A stretch of DNA of 54,288 bases from a virus (taxonomy: Duplodnaviria; Heunggongvirae; Uroviricota; Caudoviricetes). The position numbers and the translations under genes are program-made. The stretch is taken from the IMG/VR virus record IMGVR_UViG_2585427966_000002, one strand, 5' to 3'. The number at the start of each line of letters is the position of its first letter. The stretch's first letter is position 1. This document shows, one piece after another, positions 30,274 to 41,115 of the stretch. The notes under the pieces were generated by a model that was not told where the DNA came from, made no database searches, and saw only the letters and a list, made by a program, of their open reading frames with translations.

Positions 30274-30297
30274 GGCTACCTTCGGGTGGCCTTTTTT
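30274..30297 (+). terminator. Hairpin terminator (ggctacc-ttcg-ggtggcc-tttttt)
   Basis: 7-bp stem with one G-U pair, tetraloop and T-tract read directly. Confidence 0.5.
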
Positions 30298-30357
30298 ATT
30301 GCTGCGATCCGGATGGTGAGCAGCGTAACTGTCGGAAGACTTAAACCAGGTACTAAT

Positions 30358-31122
30358 ATGAAACTGAAAACGGTCGAGATTAACGGAAAACAATACGCAG
30401 AAATTGATACTGCTGGCCTGCCAGTTTATGTGCACGACGATGGTAAAGAAATTGGCTTCGATGCACCGCTGGCGACAAAAAAAATTACAGAGCTTAATGG
30501 CGAGGCAAAAAATCATCGCCTGGCTAAAGAAGCTGCAGAGGAAAAACTGGCTAAGTTTGCCGCTATCGAAGACCCGAAGAAGGCGATCGAGGCACTGGAA
30601 ATGCTGTCAAAAATCGACCAGAAAAAGCTGCTCGATGCGGGACAGGTTGACCAGGTTAAGGCAGAAATTACGAAAAATTTTCAGCAGCAATTAGATGAAG
30701 AAAAGCAACGCTCTCAGATGCTGGAGAAGCAGCTTTACGATTCTATGATTGGCGGTAGTTTTGCGGGTTCAAAATATATTGCCGATAAAATTGCGATCCC
30801 GGCAGATTTATTACAAGCCCGCTTCGGGCAGGCATTCAAAGTGGAAGAAGGGAGGATCGTTGCTTATGACGCTTCCGGCAACAAAATTTATTCCCGCGCG
30901 AAGCCTGGCGAACTGGCGCAGTTTGATGAGGCGCTGGAGTTCCTTGTCGAAAATTACCCTCAGAAAGACTACATCCTGAAAGCCAGTGGCAACAATGGCG
31001 GCGGCTCCCGTCCGACACAGCATGATATTGGTCAGAAAACGATGAAACGCTCTGCTTTTGATGCACTGGATGTTGCAGGTAAGCAAAACGCATTGAAAGA
31101 CGGTATCACAATCGTTGATTAA
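30358..31122 (+). CDS. Putative scaffolding protein (254 aa, coiled-coil/charged)
   Basis: Track ORF 30286 trimmed to MKLKTVEING; charged coiled-coil-like composition; position before the capsid gene. Confidence 0.5.
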   Translation: MKLKTVEINGKQYAEIDTAGLPVYVHDDGKEIGFDAPLATKKITELNGEAKNHRLAKEAAEEKLAKFAAIEDPKKAIEALEMLSKIDQKKLLDAGQVDQVKAEITKNFQQQLDEEKQRSQMLEKQLYDSMIGGSFAGSKYIADKIAIPADLLQARFGQAFKVEEGRIVAYDASGNKIYSRAKPGELAQFDEALEFLVENYPQKDYILKASGNNGGGSRPTQHDIGQKTMKRSAFDALDVAGKQNALKDGITIVD

Positions 31123-31220
31123 CACATTTGTCAGCTTCCGGATGGGAGCTGGTGTCAGGGCTGGATAGCTCATTACTCCATCTATTCACAATTACGCAAA
31201 TTTTTAAGGAATATTTAATT

Positions 31221-32360
31221 ATGGCTGGAAATACCCTGACCGGGTTGATCCCGACTATTTATACCGCCCTGGATGTTGTATCCCGTGAGCAGGTAGGTTT
31301 TATCCCTGCGGTAGCAAAAAACGCAAAAGCTGACGCCGCAGCAAAAGATCAGACGGTAACCGCGCCAGTTGCGCCTGAGGCGAAAACCGAAGATATCGTA
31401 CCGGGGCCGTCAGCTCCGAATACCGGTGATCAAAATATTGGCACTGTTGATGTAAAAATTACTAAATCCAAAATGGCACCGGTTAAATGGAATGGTGAAG
31501 AACAACTGGCTCTTGGCCCTTCAGGGACTTACAACACCATTCTGGCTGATCAGTTCAAGCAGGCTTTTCGCGCCCTTGCAAACGAGGTTGAGGCTGATCT
31601 TGGTGCGTTGTATTTCGGTGCTTCCCGCGCCGTGGGAACCGCAGGGACAACGCCGTTTGGTGTTAAAGATGATCTTTCTGATGCTGCTCTGGCTCGTCAG
31701 GTTCTGGAGGATAACGGCGCACCGACAACCGATCTGCAGATGGTGCTTGGCTCCACTGCCATTGCTAATTTGCGCGGAAAACAGTCTGTATTGTTTAAAG
31801 TGAATGAATCCGGCACTGAACAGCTACTGCGTGAGGGCGTGTTGGGGCGTCTGGAGGGATTCAATATTCACAGTTCGGCAGGTGTGAAACGAGCGCCAAA
31901 GGTTGCTGCAACTGGTTATCTCGTGAATGGAGAGAAAAAAGAAGGCGATGTTCTTATTTCCATTGATACTGGTTCGGGGAGTATTTCTGCAGGTCAGATT
32001 GTTACGTTCGCTGGTGATCCGAATCAGTATGTTGTGGCAGCAGCGACCAGCAATCTGATTACTCTTGCAGCGCCCGGACTGCGTCAGGATCTGGCCGATG
32101 ATACTGCCATCACAGTTGTTGGGGCCTTTACGGCAAATATGGCGTTTGATCGCAACGCGTTTCTGCTGGCATCCCGTACTCCGGCAATGCCGGAAGGTGG
32201 CGATAATGCTGATGATGTAATGAATGTTACGGACCCGATTTCAGGGATTACGTTCCAGATTGCACTGTATCGTCAGTATCGCCAGGTGCGCTATGAAGTT
32301 GGACTGGCATGGGGTGTTTCATCAGTGAAGCCGGCACATGGTTGTCTGATTCTTGGTTAA
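31221..32360 (+). CDS. Putative major capsid protein (379 aa)
   Basis: Track ORF 31128 trimmed to the ATG (MAGNTLTGL); size and position. Confidence 0.6.
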   Translation: MAGNTLTGLIPTIYTALDVVSREQVGFIPAVAKNAKADAAAKDQTVTAPVAPEAKTEDIVPGPSAPNTGDQNIGTVDVKITKSKMAPVKWNGEEQLALGPSGTYNTILADQFKQAFRALANEVEADLGALYFGASRAVGTAGTTPFGVKDDLSDAALARQVLEDNGAPTTDLQMVLGSTAIANLRGKQSVLFKVNESGTEQLLREGVLGRLEGFNIHSSAGVKRAPKVAATGYLVNGEKKEGDVLISIDTGSGSISAGQIVTFAGDPNQYVVAAATSNLITLAAPGLRQDLADDTAITVVGAFTANMAFDRNAFLLASRTPAMPEGGDNADDVMNVTDPISGITFQIALYRQYRQVRYEVGLAWGVSSVKPAHGCLILG

Positions 32361-32370
32361 ACATTCAAAC

Positions 32371-32390
32371 GGGGCTTCGGCCCCATTTTT
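32371..32390 (+). terminator. Hairpin terminator (ggggc-ttcg-gcccc-attttt)
   Basis: Read directly downstream of the capsid gene. Confidence 0.5.
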
Positions 32391-32402
32391 AATGGGGGGC
32401 AT

Positions 32403-32579
32403 ATGGCCGGATTAACTAAAGAGCAAAGAGCACAGCGTGAAGCCGCACAAAAAACGCAAATTGAGTTAGTGGTTATGGTGACCGATTATCAGATGTTTCC
32501 CGGCGCACCAACTATCGCTAATGTTCATCCTGATGAAGTTGACAACTGGAAGGCTATGGGCTGGAAAACTCAGGAGTAA
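32403..32579 (+). CDS. Hypothetical small protein (58 aa)
   Basis: My reading (MAGLTKEQRAQREAAQKTQIELVVMV...); short, so uncertain. Confidence 0.3.
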   Translation: MAGLTKEQRAQREAAQKTQIELVVMVTDYQMFPGAPTIANVHPDEVDNWKAMGWKTQE

Positions 32580-32582
32580 CAC

Positions 32583-32978
32583 ATGATCACTTACGTGACC
32601 TGTGATGACGTTGATAATGCGTTTGGGAACGCCTGGACGAGTGAGAACGCTAAAAATAAAGCTGTTTTAATGGCTAATGCCTGGCTTAATGGCTTCAACC
32701 TGAAAATTAACCCATCCCGTATTCCGGAAGAGGTAAAACTTGCGGGAGCATATGCAGCCAGAATTGCCTCATTCGGTAAGTTGTTTCAGCAGAAAAATGA
32801 TTCTGGCGTTGTTATCAGTAAAGCCGTGTCGGCTGACGGGGTCAGTGTATCGAAATCATTTTCTGAGTTGCCAGCAAACAGCACTGCATTGCTTGAACCC
32901 GATTTACAGCTTGCGATAGCACTGCTGAAACCGTACGGACTTAGTCGCTCACAAGTCAGGGTTGTGAGGGGGGGATAA
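32583..32978 (+). CDS. Head-tail connector / head completion protein (131 aa)
   Basis: Position and size; overlapping gene series typical of head-tail joining genes. Confidence 0.5.
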   Translation: MITYVTCDDVDNAFGNAWTSENAKNKAVLMANAWLNGFNLKINPSRIPEEVKLAGAYAARIASFGKLFQQKNDSGVVISKAVSADGVSVSKSFSELPANSTALLEPDLQLAIALLKPYGLSRSQVRVVRGG

Positions 32979-33361
32979 TGGGGCTTCGTGAAGAGATTCA
33001 GTCAGAGGTTGCCGCTGCTTTTGATGAGGATTTAGCGGACGCCGTGAGTGATTTTTCTGGTTCTTACGTTACGCACCGGCACTGGGATCCTGTGACGGAA
33101 ACTGGCGGCGAATCCACCGCAATCTATACCGGGCGAGGCGTGTTGACACGTTATAAGCTGGGCAGAATTGATGGGATTAATATTTTGCATGGTGACCTTA
33201 AATTAACCGCTCTGGTATGCGAGGTTACGGATAAACCAGCTGTCGACCATATTATTGAGATTTATGATCCTGTATCAAGGCAGTTACAACGATACGAGGT
33301 AATTACAGCAAGTGTAGATCCTTCCGCATCAGTTTACTCTATCCAGTTAAGGAGAGCGTAA
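32978..33361 (+). CDS. Head-tail joining protein (127 aa)
   Basis: Position; ATG overlaps upstream stop. Confidence 0.5.
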   Translation: MGLREEIQSEVAAAFDEDLADAVSDFSGSYVTHRHWDPVTETGGESTAIYTGRGVLTRYKLGRIDGINILHGDLKLTALVCEVTDKPAVDHIIEIYDPVSRQLQRYEVITASVDPSASVYSIQLRRA

Positions 33362-33742
33362 ATGGCAAAGGCATGGGATATAGAACCGTCAATATTTGCC
33401 GGGATGATTGAGGAAGATGTAGGGCTGAAGATTCGCTACATCGCTATTCAGATTCTTACTGCTATTGATATTGCTGCTCCGGTTGATACCGGACGTTTCA
33501 GAAATAACAACCTGGTGTCGTTACAGCATCCCGATTTTGGTATATCTGATAACGTGGATCCGAACGGTACGATTGCTGTTCAGCGTGGGATCGGGGTTAT
33601 TTCGAAAGCTGCAAATTACGGAGTTATTTATATCCAGAATAACCTTCCTTATGCAGAGGCTCTTGAAAACGGTCATTCACAACAAGCGCCAACTGGCGTG
33701 TATGCCAACGCTTTTCATGGTGTTTTACAGGCTTACAAATGA
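33362..33742 (+). CDS. Tail completion / neck protein (126 aa)
   Basis: Position. Confidence 0.45.
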   Translation: MAKAWDIEPSIFAGMIEEDVGLKIRYIAIQILTAIDIAAPVDTGRFRNNNLVSLQHPDFGISDNVDPNGTIAVQRGIGVISKAANYGVIYIQNNLPYAEALENGHSQQAPTGVYANAFHGVLQAYK

Positions 33743-34131
33743 CGTTTACTGAAATCAGAAATACGGTTATTTCCAGAATGACGGCACAGACGATTATTGA
33801 TGGAAAAGACGTATTGTATCCGAACGCGCCAACGTTCGATCCTTCCGGTAAGTTAATCTGGGCGCGGTTAAGTAATATTCCCGGGCAGGCTGGAGTTAAT
33901 GAAATTGGCGCGGGGCCGATTGTTTATCGCACGGGGATAATCATTATTCAGTTATTTGTCCCCGCAGGTTCTGGTTCAAAACTCATTACTGAGACAGCCG
34001 ATAAATTGCGGGAACTGTTTGAGTTTCAGGATGACGATCGTCTCAGTTACCAGGCTGTTTCCTCAATAGCCGTTGGCGAAAAGAATGGCTGGTTCCAGCT
34101 TAATCTTCAAATTCCATATCGCGCGCTCTAG
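33739..34131 (+). CDS. Tail terminator-like protein (130 aa)
   Basis: Position; ATGA overlap with upstream gene. Confidence 0.45.
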   Translation: MTFTEIRNTVISRMTAQTIIDGKDVLYPNAPTFDPSGKLIWARLSNIPGQAGVNEIGAGPIVYRTGIIIIQLFVPAGSGSKLITETADKLRELFEFQDDDRLSYQAVSSIAVGEKNGWFQLNLQIPYRAL

Positions 34132-34157
34132 CGCAATTAATGACATAGGAGGCTCCT

Positions 34158-35120
34158 GTGAGTTCAGGTGCAAAGGTTATCTCGGCATTTATCCGGGAGA
34201 CGGTTGCAGGCACTACGCCAGCAAGTGGTGACTGGAGTTTATTAAAACGCACAAGCTGGGGAGTAAAACCCACCCAGAATAAAGGCGAAAATAATGAGAT
34301 TGGTGGCTCCCGGATGGCTCAGGGGGCGACGCCTGGCACTGTGGATGTCGGCGGTGATGTTGGTACCAAATTTCGCTGGGGTCAACATGATGATTTTCTT
34401 GCATCCTGTTTCGGCGCGGAATGGTCAGGCGATTCTCTGACAATGGGGAATGAGCGAATAACATTTTCTCTGGCGACCTATGCGTCCGATGTCGGAATTG
34501 CCTCTGTCGTCAGAGGAGCGCAGGTTGGCTCATGGAAAATGCAGATCCCTAACGACGGCGATATTACAGCGACCGTAACCTTTGCCGGACTGGACTGGGA
34601 ATCAAAGGCCGATGATACGAATTTTATCAAAGGCGAACCTGTGGATAGTGCAGGAAAGCTACGTTATTCGTTTAAGGAGGTTTCAGCAGTAAGCCTGAAT
34701 GGTGTTGCCGGAGGTAACGGTTTTTGTATCGACAGTTTTGATATTCAGTTCGATAACAAACTCCAGACACAGCGTTGTATCGGGACTGGCTCGCCTTATG
34801 CAGGAGCAAATATTCCGACTACTTTTACACCGTCCGGTACGGTGACGCTTTCATGGTCTAAAGCCGCGTGGGAAATCTGGAGTAAAACACTGACTGGAGA
34901 AACAGTTCCGTTCAGCTTCACGCTTTCGAATGGAGAGGGGGCATACACTTTCAGTTTCCCGAAGGTTCAGGTGTCAGGTGAATGGCCTGATGGGGGTAAT
35001 AGCGACATTATCCAGGTTCAATTGAGCATTACCGCAGCAGATGAAGCACCTACGATAACCAGAAAAAAAAATTCCCCGGCTGCCGTGATCGCAAAAGCCA
35101 GTGCTGAGGCGATTAGTTGA
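34158..35120 (+). CDS. Major tail (tube) protein (320 aa)
   Basis: Position before the chaperone/frameshift pair and tape measure. Confidence 0.6.
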   Translation: MSSGAKVISAFIRETVAGTTPASGDWSLLKRTSWGVKPTQNKGENNEIGGSRMAQGATPGTVDVGGDVGTKFRWGQHDDFLASCFGAEWSGDSLTMGNERITFSLATYASDVGIASVVRGAQVGSWKMQIPNDGDITATVTFAGLDWESKADDTNFIKGEPVDSAGKLRYSFKEVSAVSLNGVAGGNGFCIDSFDIQFDNKLQTQRCIGTGSPYAGANIPTTFTPSGTVTLSWSKAAWEIWSKTLTGETVPFSFTLSNGEGAYTFSFPKVQVSGEWPDGGNSDIIQVQLSITAADEAPTITRKKNSPAAVIAKASAEAIS

Positions 35121-35168
35121 TTTTCCGTTATTCCTCCTGTGGTACTGCCCTACAGGGGGACGCATTGA

Positions 35169-35630
35169 ATGAGGTTATGGATGTTTATTCTTAATCAGAA
35201 AATTATCATTGGTGGAGAACGCTGGTTTACGCCAATGAAGGACTTAAAACCTGTAGACGGGTTAAAACTGTTGGTGGCAAGCAGCGATAACGATCAGTAT
35301 CGCTCCCGTAATGCATTAATCCGTCGCCACATTGAGAAAATGGATGCCAGTTTGCACGTCGGAACGAAGGAGTTTGATATTTCAAAGGTTTCCGAGGTGG
35401 ATTCTGTTGATGATTTACTCATTGATAATGCCGCTCGTTATCTGCTGAAAGACTGGAAAGGGGTTGGTGAACTGGTTAATGGTGTTGAGGTTGCACTGGA
35501 ATATACGGCAGAACGAGGGATCGCGCTGCTTAAGCAGAATCCAGAGTTGTACTGGCAGATCCTTGCAGAAGCAGCCAGCATCGCCCAGGGTAAAGAGCAG
35601 CAGAAGCAGGATACGATAAAAAAGCCATAG
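35169..35630 (+). CDS. Tail assembly chaperone, G-like (153 aa)
   Basis: Position before the tape measure; slippery heptamer near its 3' end. Confidence 0.6.
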   Translation: MRLWMFILNQKIIIGGERWFTPMKDLKPVDGLKLLVASSDNDQYRSRNALIRRHIEKMDASLHVGTKEFDISKVSEVDSVDDLLIDNAARYLLKDWKGVGELVNGVEVALEYTAERGIALLKQNPELYWQILAEAASIAQGKEQQKQDTIKKP

Positions 35631-35938
35631 CTGCCCAGCGGTGGTTATCGGAGTTCGGGGGAGAAAGGGGGGAAAAGGCAAGATGGAAGCGAGAAAAACT
35701 CAGGTTGCCACCGATACCGGAACCAGAAATAGACCCGGTGCTTAAGGAGTTGTTGTACGCCTATTCGGTAATATCCCGTGCCCGACGTTATGCTGGAATG
35801 GCTGGGGTGCCTTTGCCTTTATCTCTGACAGAGATAAATGAATATTTAGCCACTCATCCGGTATTGATTGAGCGCGATGAATTTGAAGCAGTGATCTTTG
35901 CACTGGATGACCAGTATTTTCAGGAGCAGTGTGTGTAG
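35169..35938 (+). CDS. Tail assembly chaperone frameshift fusion (GT-like) via -1 slip at A_AAA_AAG (35618-35624)
   Basis: Heptamer A AAA AAG lies 4 nt before the G stop; the -1 frame continues ...KKAIAAQRWLSEFGGERGEKARWKREKLRLPPIPEPEIDPVLKELLYA... into track ORF 35705-35938. Confidence 0.5.
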
Positions 35939-36058
35939 TTGTTAATTACGTACACTCTGTTACAGAGATGTGATGGTGTCTTTAATTAAATCGATGATGC
36001 TCCTGGAGAAAAGCATTGCGTGGCCTCGTAATCGCTATATCTACTATTATGTCGCCTG

Positions 36059-36084
36059 AAACCCACTTCGCGGTGGGTTTTTTG
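36059..36084 (+). terminator. Hairpin (acccac-ttcgcg-gtgggt-ttttt)
   Basis: Read directly, 20 bp upstream of the tape measure gene. Confidence 0.4.
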
Positions 36085-36103
36085 TTGTCAGGAGTTTTAA
36101 TAA

Positions 36104-39100
36104 ATGGCAGAGCAAACCTCGCGTCTCGCAATAATTATTGATAGCACTGGAGCGAAAAATAATGCTGACAATCTGACCTCCTCATTAGTCAAAATGACGC
36201 AGGCTGGGGAAACTGCTGCAAATAGCGCAGGGAAAGTGACTAAGGCAACAGAAGATGAGAAGAACGCGCTCGCAAAATTAAAAGCAGCTATTGATCCAGT
36301 TGGTGCCGCAATTGATACTGTCGGTCGACGCTATTCTGAATTAAAGAAATTTTTCGATAAAGGGCTTATTGATAAAGAAGAATATGAATTTCTTGTCCGT
36401 AAACTTAATGAAACCACAGAGGAATTGAGCGGGGTTGCGCAAGCGCAGAGAGAAGCCGAGAAGGCCGGAAAACTTGCTGCCGCCCAGCAGGAAGCGCAGG
36501 CTCAGGCCTTTCAAAGAATGCTGGACAAGATCGACCCTCTGGCTGCGGCGCTAAGAAATCTTGAACAACAGCATGATGAACTTAATGCTGCGTTTGCATC
36601 CGGGAAAATAAATGGTTCTCAGTTTGAGAATTATAGCCGAAAAATACAGGAAACACGGCGAGAGCTTACCGGAGAGGCTCAGGCAGAGCGAGAAGCAGCA
36701 AAAGCGCATGATGAACAGGTTGTTGCTTTGCAACGTCTGATTGCTCAACTTGATCCTGTCGGAACTGCTTTTAATCGTCTGGTAGAACAACAGAAACAGC
36801 TCAATGAAGCAAAAGCTAAGGGGATGCTTTCTCCTGAAATGTATGAGGAGCTTTCTGGAAAACTTCGTGCTATGCGGAGTGAGCTTGAGGTTACTCAATC
36901 ACAATTAAGCAAAACCGGAATGTCGGCAAAACAAACGGCTTTTGCTATGCGCATGTTGCCTGCACAAATGACGGATATTGTTGTTGGGTTGTCCACTGGT
37001 CAGTCGCCATTTATGGTGTTAATGCAGCAGGGCGGCCAGCTAAAAGATATGTTCGGTGGGATTGGCCCGGCGATCAAAGGTGTAGGTTCTTATGTGCTGG
37101 GATTAATTAATCCTTTTACCCTGGCCGCAGCAGCCGTTGGGGTCTTAGGACTGGCTTACTATAAAGGCTCTCAGGAGCAGGACGAATTTAATAAATCTCT
37201 TATTCTTACCGGAAATCAGTTGGGGACAACCAGCGGGCAATTGGGCGATATAGCTCAACGTGCCGGGAATGCGGCTGATTCGACAACTGGTGCTGCGGCG
37301 GCAGTATTAAATCAGCTTGTGCGTTCGGGAAAGGTAGCGAGCAGTTCGCTGGAGCAAGTGACGACAGCGATAGTAAAAACGAGCGAAGTAACAGGAATAT
37401 CAACCGAACAACTGGTTAATGACTTCAATGAAATTGCAAAGGATCCTGTCAGTGCCATATCAAAACTTAATGATCAGTACCATTTTCTGACACTTGCGAC
37501 TTATAACCAGATTAAGGCGCTACAGGATGAAGGGAACCAGCAGGAGGCCGCCCGCATTGCGACAGAAGAATACTCATCCTCAATGATCCAGCGCACCAAC
37601 CAGATTAAAGAAAATCTTGGTTATCTTGAGACTGCATGGAAAGCTGTCGCAGACTCCGCAAAATGGGCATGGGATTCCATGCTGGACATTGGCCGTGAGG
37701 CCTCCCTTGATCAAAAAATCTCAGATGTTCTCCGTCAAATTGATGAAATAGAAAAAAATACCCGACCCGGAGTTTTCGGGTTAGGTGGCATTGGAGATGG
37801 CGGAGCTCAAAATAAAAGGCTGGCACGATTAAAGCAGCAATTGGGCGTACTTCAAGCAGAAAAAATTGCTCAGGACGTCCTAAATTCATCAATAAACGAT
37901 TACAACAAGCGACAACAGGAAGGAATTGAACTCAGACAGAGAGCAGATGCCTTTTCAAAACAATATCAGACCCGGGAGCAGCAGAGAGCTAGTGAACTTG
38001 CAAAACTGGAAAAGCTAAAGAGTCAGTATTCAAAGGAAGAATATAATAATTTTATCGCTCAAATAAATGAGCGTTATAAAGATCCAAAGCAACCAAAGGC
38101 GAAAGGTTATTCGGATGATGCTGCCCAACGAATGATTGATCATCTGAATCAACAGAATGCGTTACTAAGTTCACAAACTGAATTAACCGTTAAATTAAGT
38201 TCCTCTGAACAGGAACTGGTTAAGTGGCGTCAGCAGATTGCCGACCTGGAGTCACGACCGTCATCGAAATTAACCCAGGATCAGAAATCGCTTCTCTTAC
38301 ACCTGGAAGAAATAACCGCGTTGATGGAGAAAAATGTTGCGATTGAAAAAAATAACAGGCTAATCAAGGAATCCGCCGAAATAGCTGCATGGCGTGATTC
38401 ATTGCAGGCTTCGATTGATAATCGTCAACAGGGGTATGATATTCAGATTGCTGGTTATGGGGTTGGCGATAAAAATCAGCAACGCCAGCAGGAATTACTG
38501 CGGATTGAACGTGAATATAACAATCAGCGTCTGCAACTTGAACGTGACTATGCAGATAAATCCCGTGGGATGTCAAATCATGTTTTTCAGGAGAAAATGC
38601 AGGCTCTGAATGATGCTCTGGAACGAGAAAAAGAAATTGTCAGACAGAAAAACGAGCAGCTCGATATTCAGGCAGGAGACTGGGTTAGTGGTGCCTCCCA
38701 GGGATTCAATAACTGGCTGGATGACACTAAGGATATCAGTGAGCAGATAAAATCAACCACGACTCAGATGTTTGATGGAATGACCGATGCGCTGGGTGAT
38801 TTTGTCACGACAGGCAAGGCAAATTTTCGTTCTTTCGCTACTTCCGTGATTTCGGATCTTAGTCGAATAGCATTAAAGGCTTCAATTACTGGGATTTTCG
38901 ACAGCATTAGTAACAGTTCTTCTGGGGGGATTTTAGGAACTATCGGGAGTGCTATTAGTAAATTTATTCCGAATGCAAAGGGCGGTGTTTATGAGTCTCC
39001 GTCATTGAACACGTATTCGAACGGTATTTATGATTCCCCGCAATTTTTTGCTTTTGCAAGAGGGGCTGGTGTTTTTGGTGAGGCTGGTCCGGAAGCCATT

Positions 39101-39337
39101 ATGCCATTAACACGAACTTCCGATGGTTCTCTTGGTGTCAGAGCTATTAATAGTAAAAGTGGTAATGGAGGCGGAGATATTACCTATGCCCCTGTATACC
39201 AAATCACTATTCAAAATGACGGCCAGAATGGAGAGATTGGCCCTCAGGCAATAAAAGCACTTATGGGGATGGTTGATCAGCGGGTGCAGGGCAATCTGTT
39301 AAATATGCGACGTGATGGGGGAATGTTAAGTGGCTAA
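36104..39337 (+). CDS. Tail tape measure protein (1077 aa)
   Basis: Very long coiled-coil-rich ORF in the canonical position; Gly-rich C-terminal part. Confidence 0.85.
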
Positions 39338-39668
39338 TACGGAAGAATTTCACTGGTTACCAGAGGATGGAATGAAAACAGAAAATAAACCATCGATAAA
39401 AACTGTAAGATTTGGCGATGGTCATGAGCAACGAAGTCCAAATGGACTTAATCATTCTCTGCGCGTTTTCACCTGTGATTTCAAAGTTGAGGCGAATGAA
39501 CGTGATTCATTTGAAAAATTTTTAGCCCGGCATGAAGGCTATAAATCTTTTTTTTGGCGCCCGCCGGGTATTAACAGAAAAATCAGAGTGGTGTGTCGAA
39601 CGTGGTCAGCGACAGAACATATCACCTATACCGATTTTTCGTGTCAGTTTGACGAAGTGGTGATCTGA
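39330..39668 (+). CDS. Minor tail protein M-like (112 aa)
   Basis: Diverged similarity to lambda M as I recall it (VRFGDG...SFFWRPP...). Confidence 0.7.
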
Positions 39669-40366
39669 TGCAGGACATACAACAGGAAACGCTGAATGAA
39701 TGCATTCGTGCGGAGCAGTCTGCCAGCGTGGTGCTCTGGGAAATCGACCTGACAGAGGTAGACGGGGATCGCTACTTTTTCTGTAATGAGCAGAACGAAA
39801 AAGGTGAGTCTGTCACCTGGCAGAGTCGGCAGTATCAGGCCTATCCCATTCAGGGGAGTGGATTTGAGATGAACGGCAAGGGCAGTGCTGCCCGTCCGAC
39901 ACTGACGGTCTCTAACCTGCACGGCATGATCACCGGGATGGCGGAAGATCTGCAGAGTCTGGTCGGCGGAACGGTGGTCCGGCGTAAGGTTTACGCCCGC
40001 TTTCTGGATGCGGTGAACTTCGTCAACGGAAACAGCGAAGCCGATCCGGAGCAGGAGGTGATCAGCCGCTGGCGCATCGAGCAGTGCAGCGAACTGAGCG
40101 CGGTCAGTGCCTCTTTTGTACTGTCCACGCCGACTGAAACGGATGGCGCTGTTTTTCCGGGACGTATCATGCTGGCCAACACCTGCACCTGGACCTATCG
40201 CGGCGATGAGTGCGGTTATAGCGGTCCGGCGGTCGCGGATGAATATGACCAGCCGACGTCCGATATCACGAAGGATAAATGCAGCAAATGCCTGAGTGGC
40301 TGTAAGTTTCGCAATAACGTCGGCAACTTTGGCGGCTTCCTTTCCATTAACAAACTTTCGCAGTAA
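39668..40366 (+). CDS. Minor tail protein L (232 aa), near-identical to lambda L as I recall it
   Basis: [31 protein letters not shown]... matches remembered lambda L. Confidence 0.85.
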   Translation: MQDIQQETLNECIRAEQSASVVLWEIDLTEVDGDRYFFCNEQNEKGESVTWQSRQYQAYPIQGSGFEMNGKGSAARPTLTVSNLHGMITGMAEDLQSLVGGTVVRRKVYARFLDAVNFVNGNSEADPEQEVISRWRIEQCSELSAVSASFVLSTPTETDGAVFPGRIMLANTCTWTYRGDECGYSGPAVADEYDQPTSDITKDKCSKCLSGCKFRNNVGNFGGFLSINKLSQ

Positions 40367-40371
40367 ATCCC

Positions 40372-41115
40372 ATGACACAGACAGAATCAGCGATTCTGGC
40401 GCACGCCCGGCGATGTGCGCCAGCGGAGTCGTGCGGCTTCGTGGTAAGCACGCCGGAGGGGGAAAGATATTTTCCCGGCGTGAATATTTCCGGTGAGCCG
40501 GAGGATTATTTCCGGATGGCTCCGGAGGACTGGCTGCAGGCAGAAATGCAGGGTGAGATTGTGGCGCTGGTCCACAGCCACCCCGGTGGTCTGCCCTGGC
40601 TGAGTGAGGCTGACCGGCGGCTGCAGGTGCAGAGTGATTTGCCGTGGTGGCTGGTCTGCCGGGGGGCGATTCATAAGTTCCGCTGTGTGCCGCATCTCAC
40701 CGGGCGGCGCTTTGAGCACGGGGTGACGGACTGTTACACGCTGTTCCGGGATGCTTATCATCTGGCGGGGATTGAGATGCCGGATTTTCATCGCGGGGAT
40801 GACTGGTGGCGTCACGGTCAGAATCTCTATCTGGATAATCTGGAGGCCACAGGGCTGTATCAGGTGCCGTTGTCAGCGGCGCAGCCGGGCGATGTGCTGC
40901 TGTGCTGTTTTGGTTCATCGGTGCCGAATCATGCCGCCATTTACTGTGGTGACGGTGAGCTGCTGCACCATATTCCTGAACAACTGAGCAAACGAGAGAG
41001 GTACACCGACAAATGGCAGCGACGCACACACTCCCTCTGGCGTCACCGGGCATGGCGCGCATCTGCCTTTACGGGGATTTACAACGATTTGGTCGCCGCA
41101 TCGACCTTCGTGTGA
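40372..41115 (+). CDS. Tail assembly protein K (JAMM/MPN plus NlpC/P60-like), 247 aa
   Basis: HSHPGG JAMM motif; matches remembered lambda K. Confidence 0.85.
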   Translation: MTQTESAILAHARRCAPAESCGFVVSTPEGERYFPGVNISGEPEDYFRMAPEDWLQAEMQGEIVALVHSHPGGLPWLSEADRRLQVQSDLPWWLVCRGAIHKFRCVPHLTGRRFEHGVTDCYTLFRDAYHLAGIEMPDFHRGDDWWRHGQNLYLDNLEATGLYQVPLSAAQPGDVLLCCFGSSVPNHAAIYCGDGELLHHIPEQLSKRERYTDKWQRRTHSLWRHRAWRASAFTGIYNDLVAASTFV

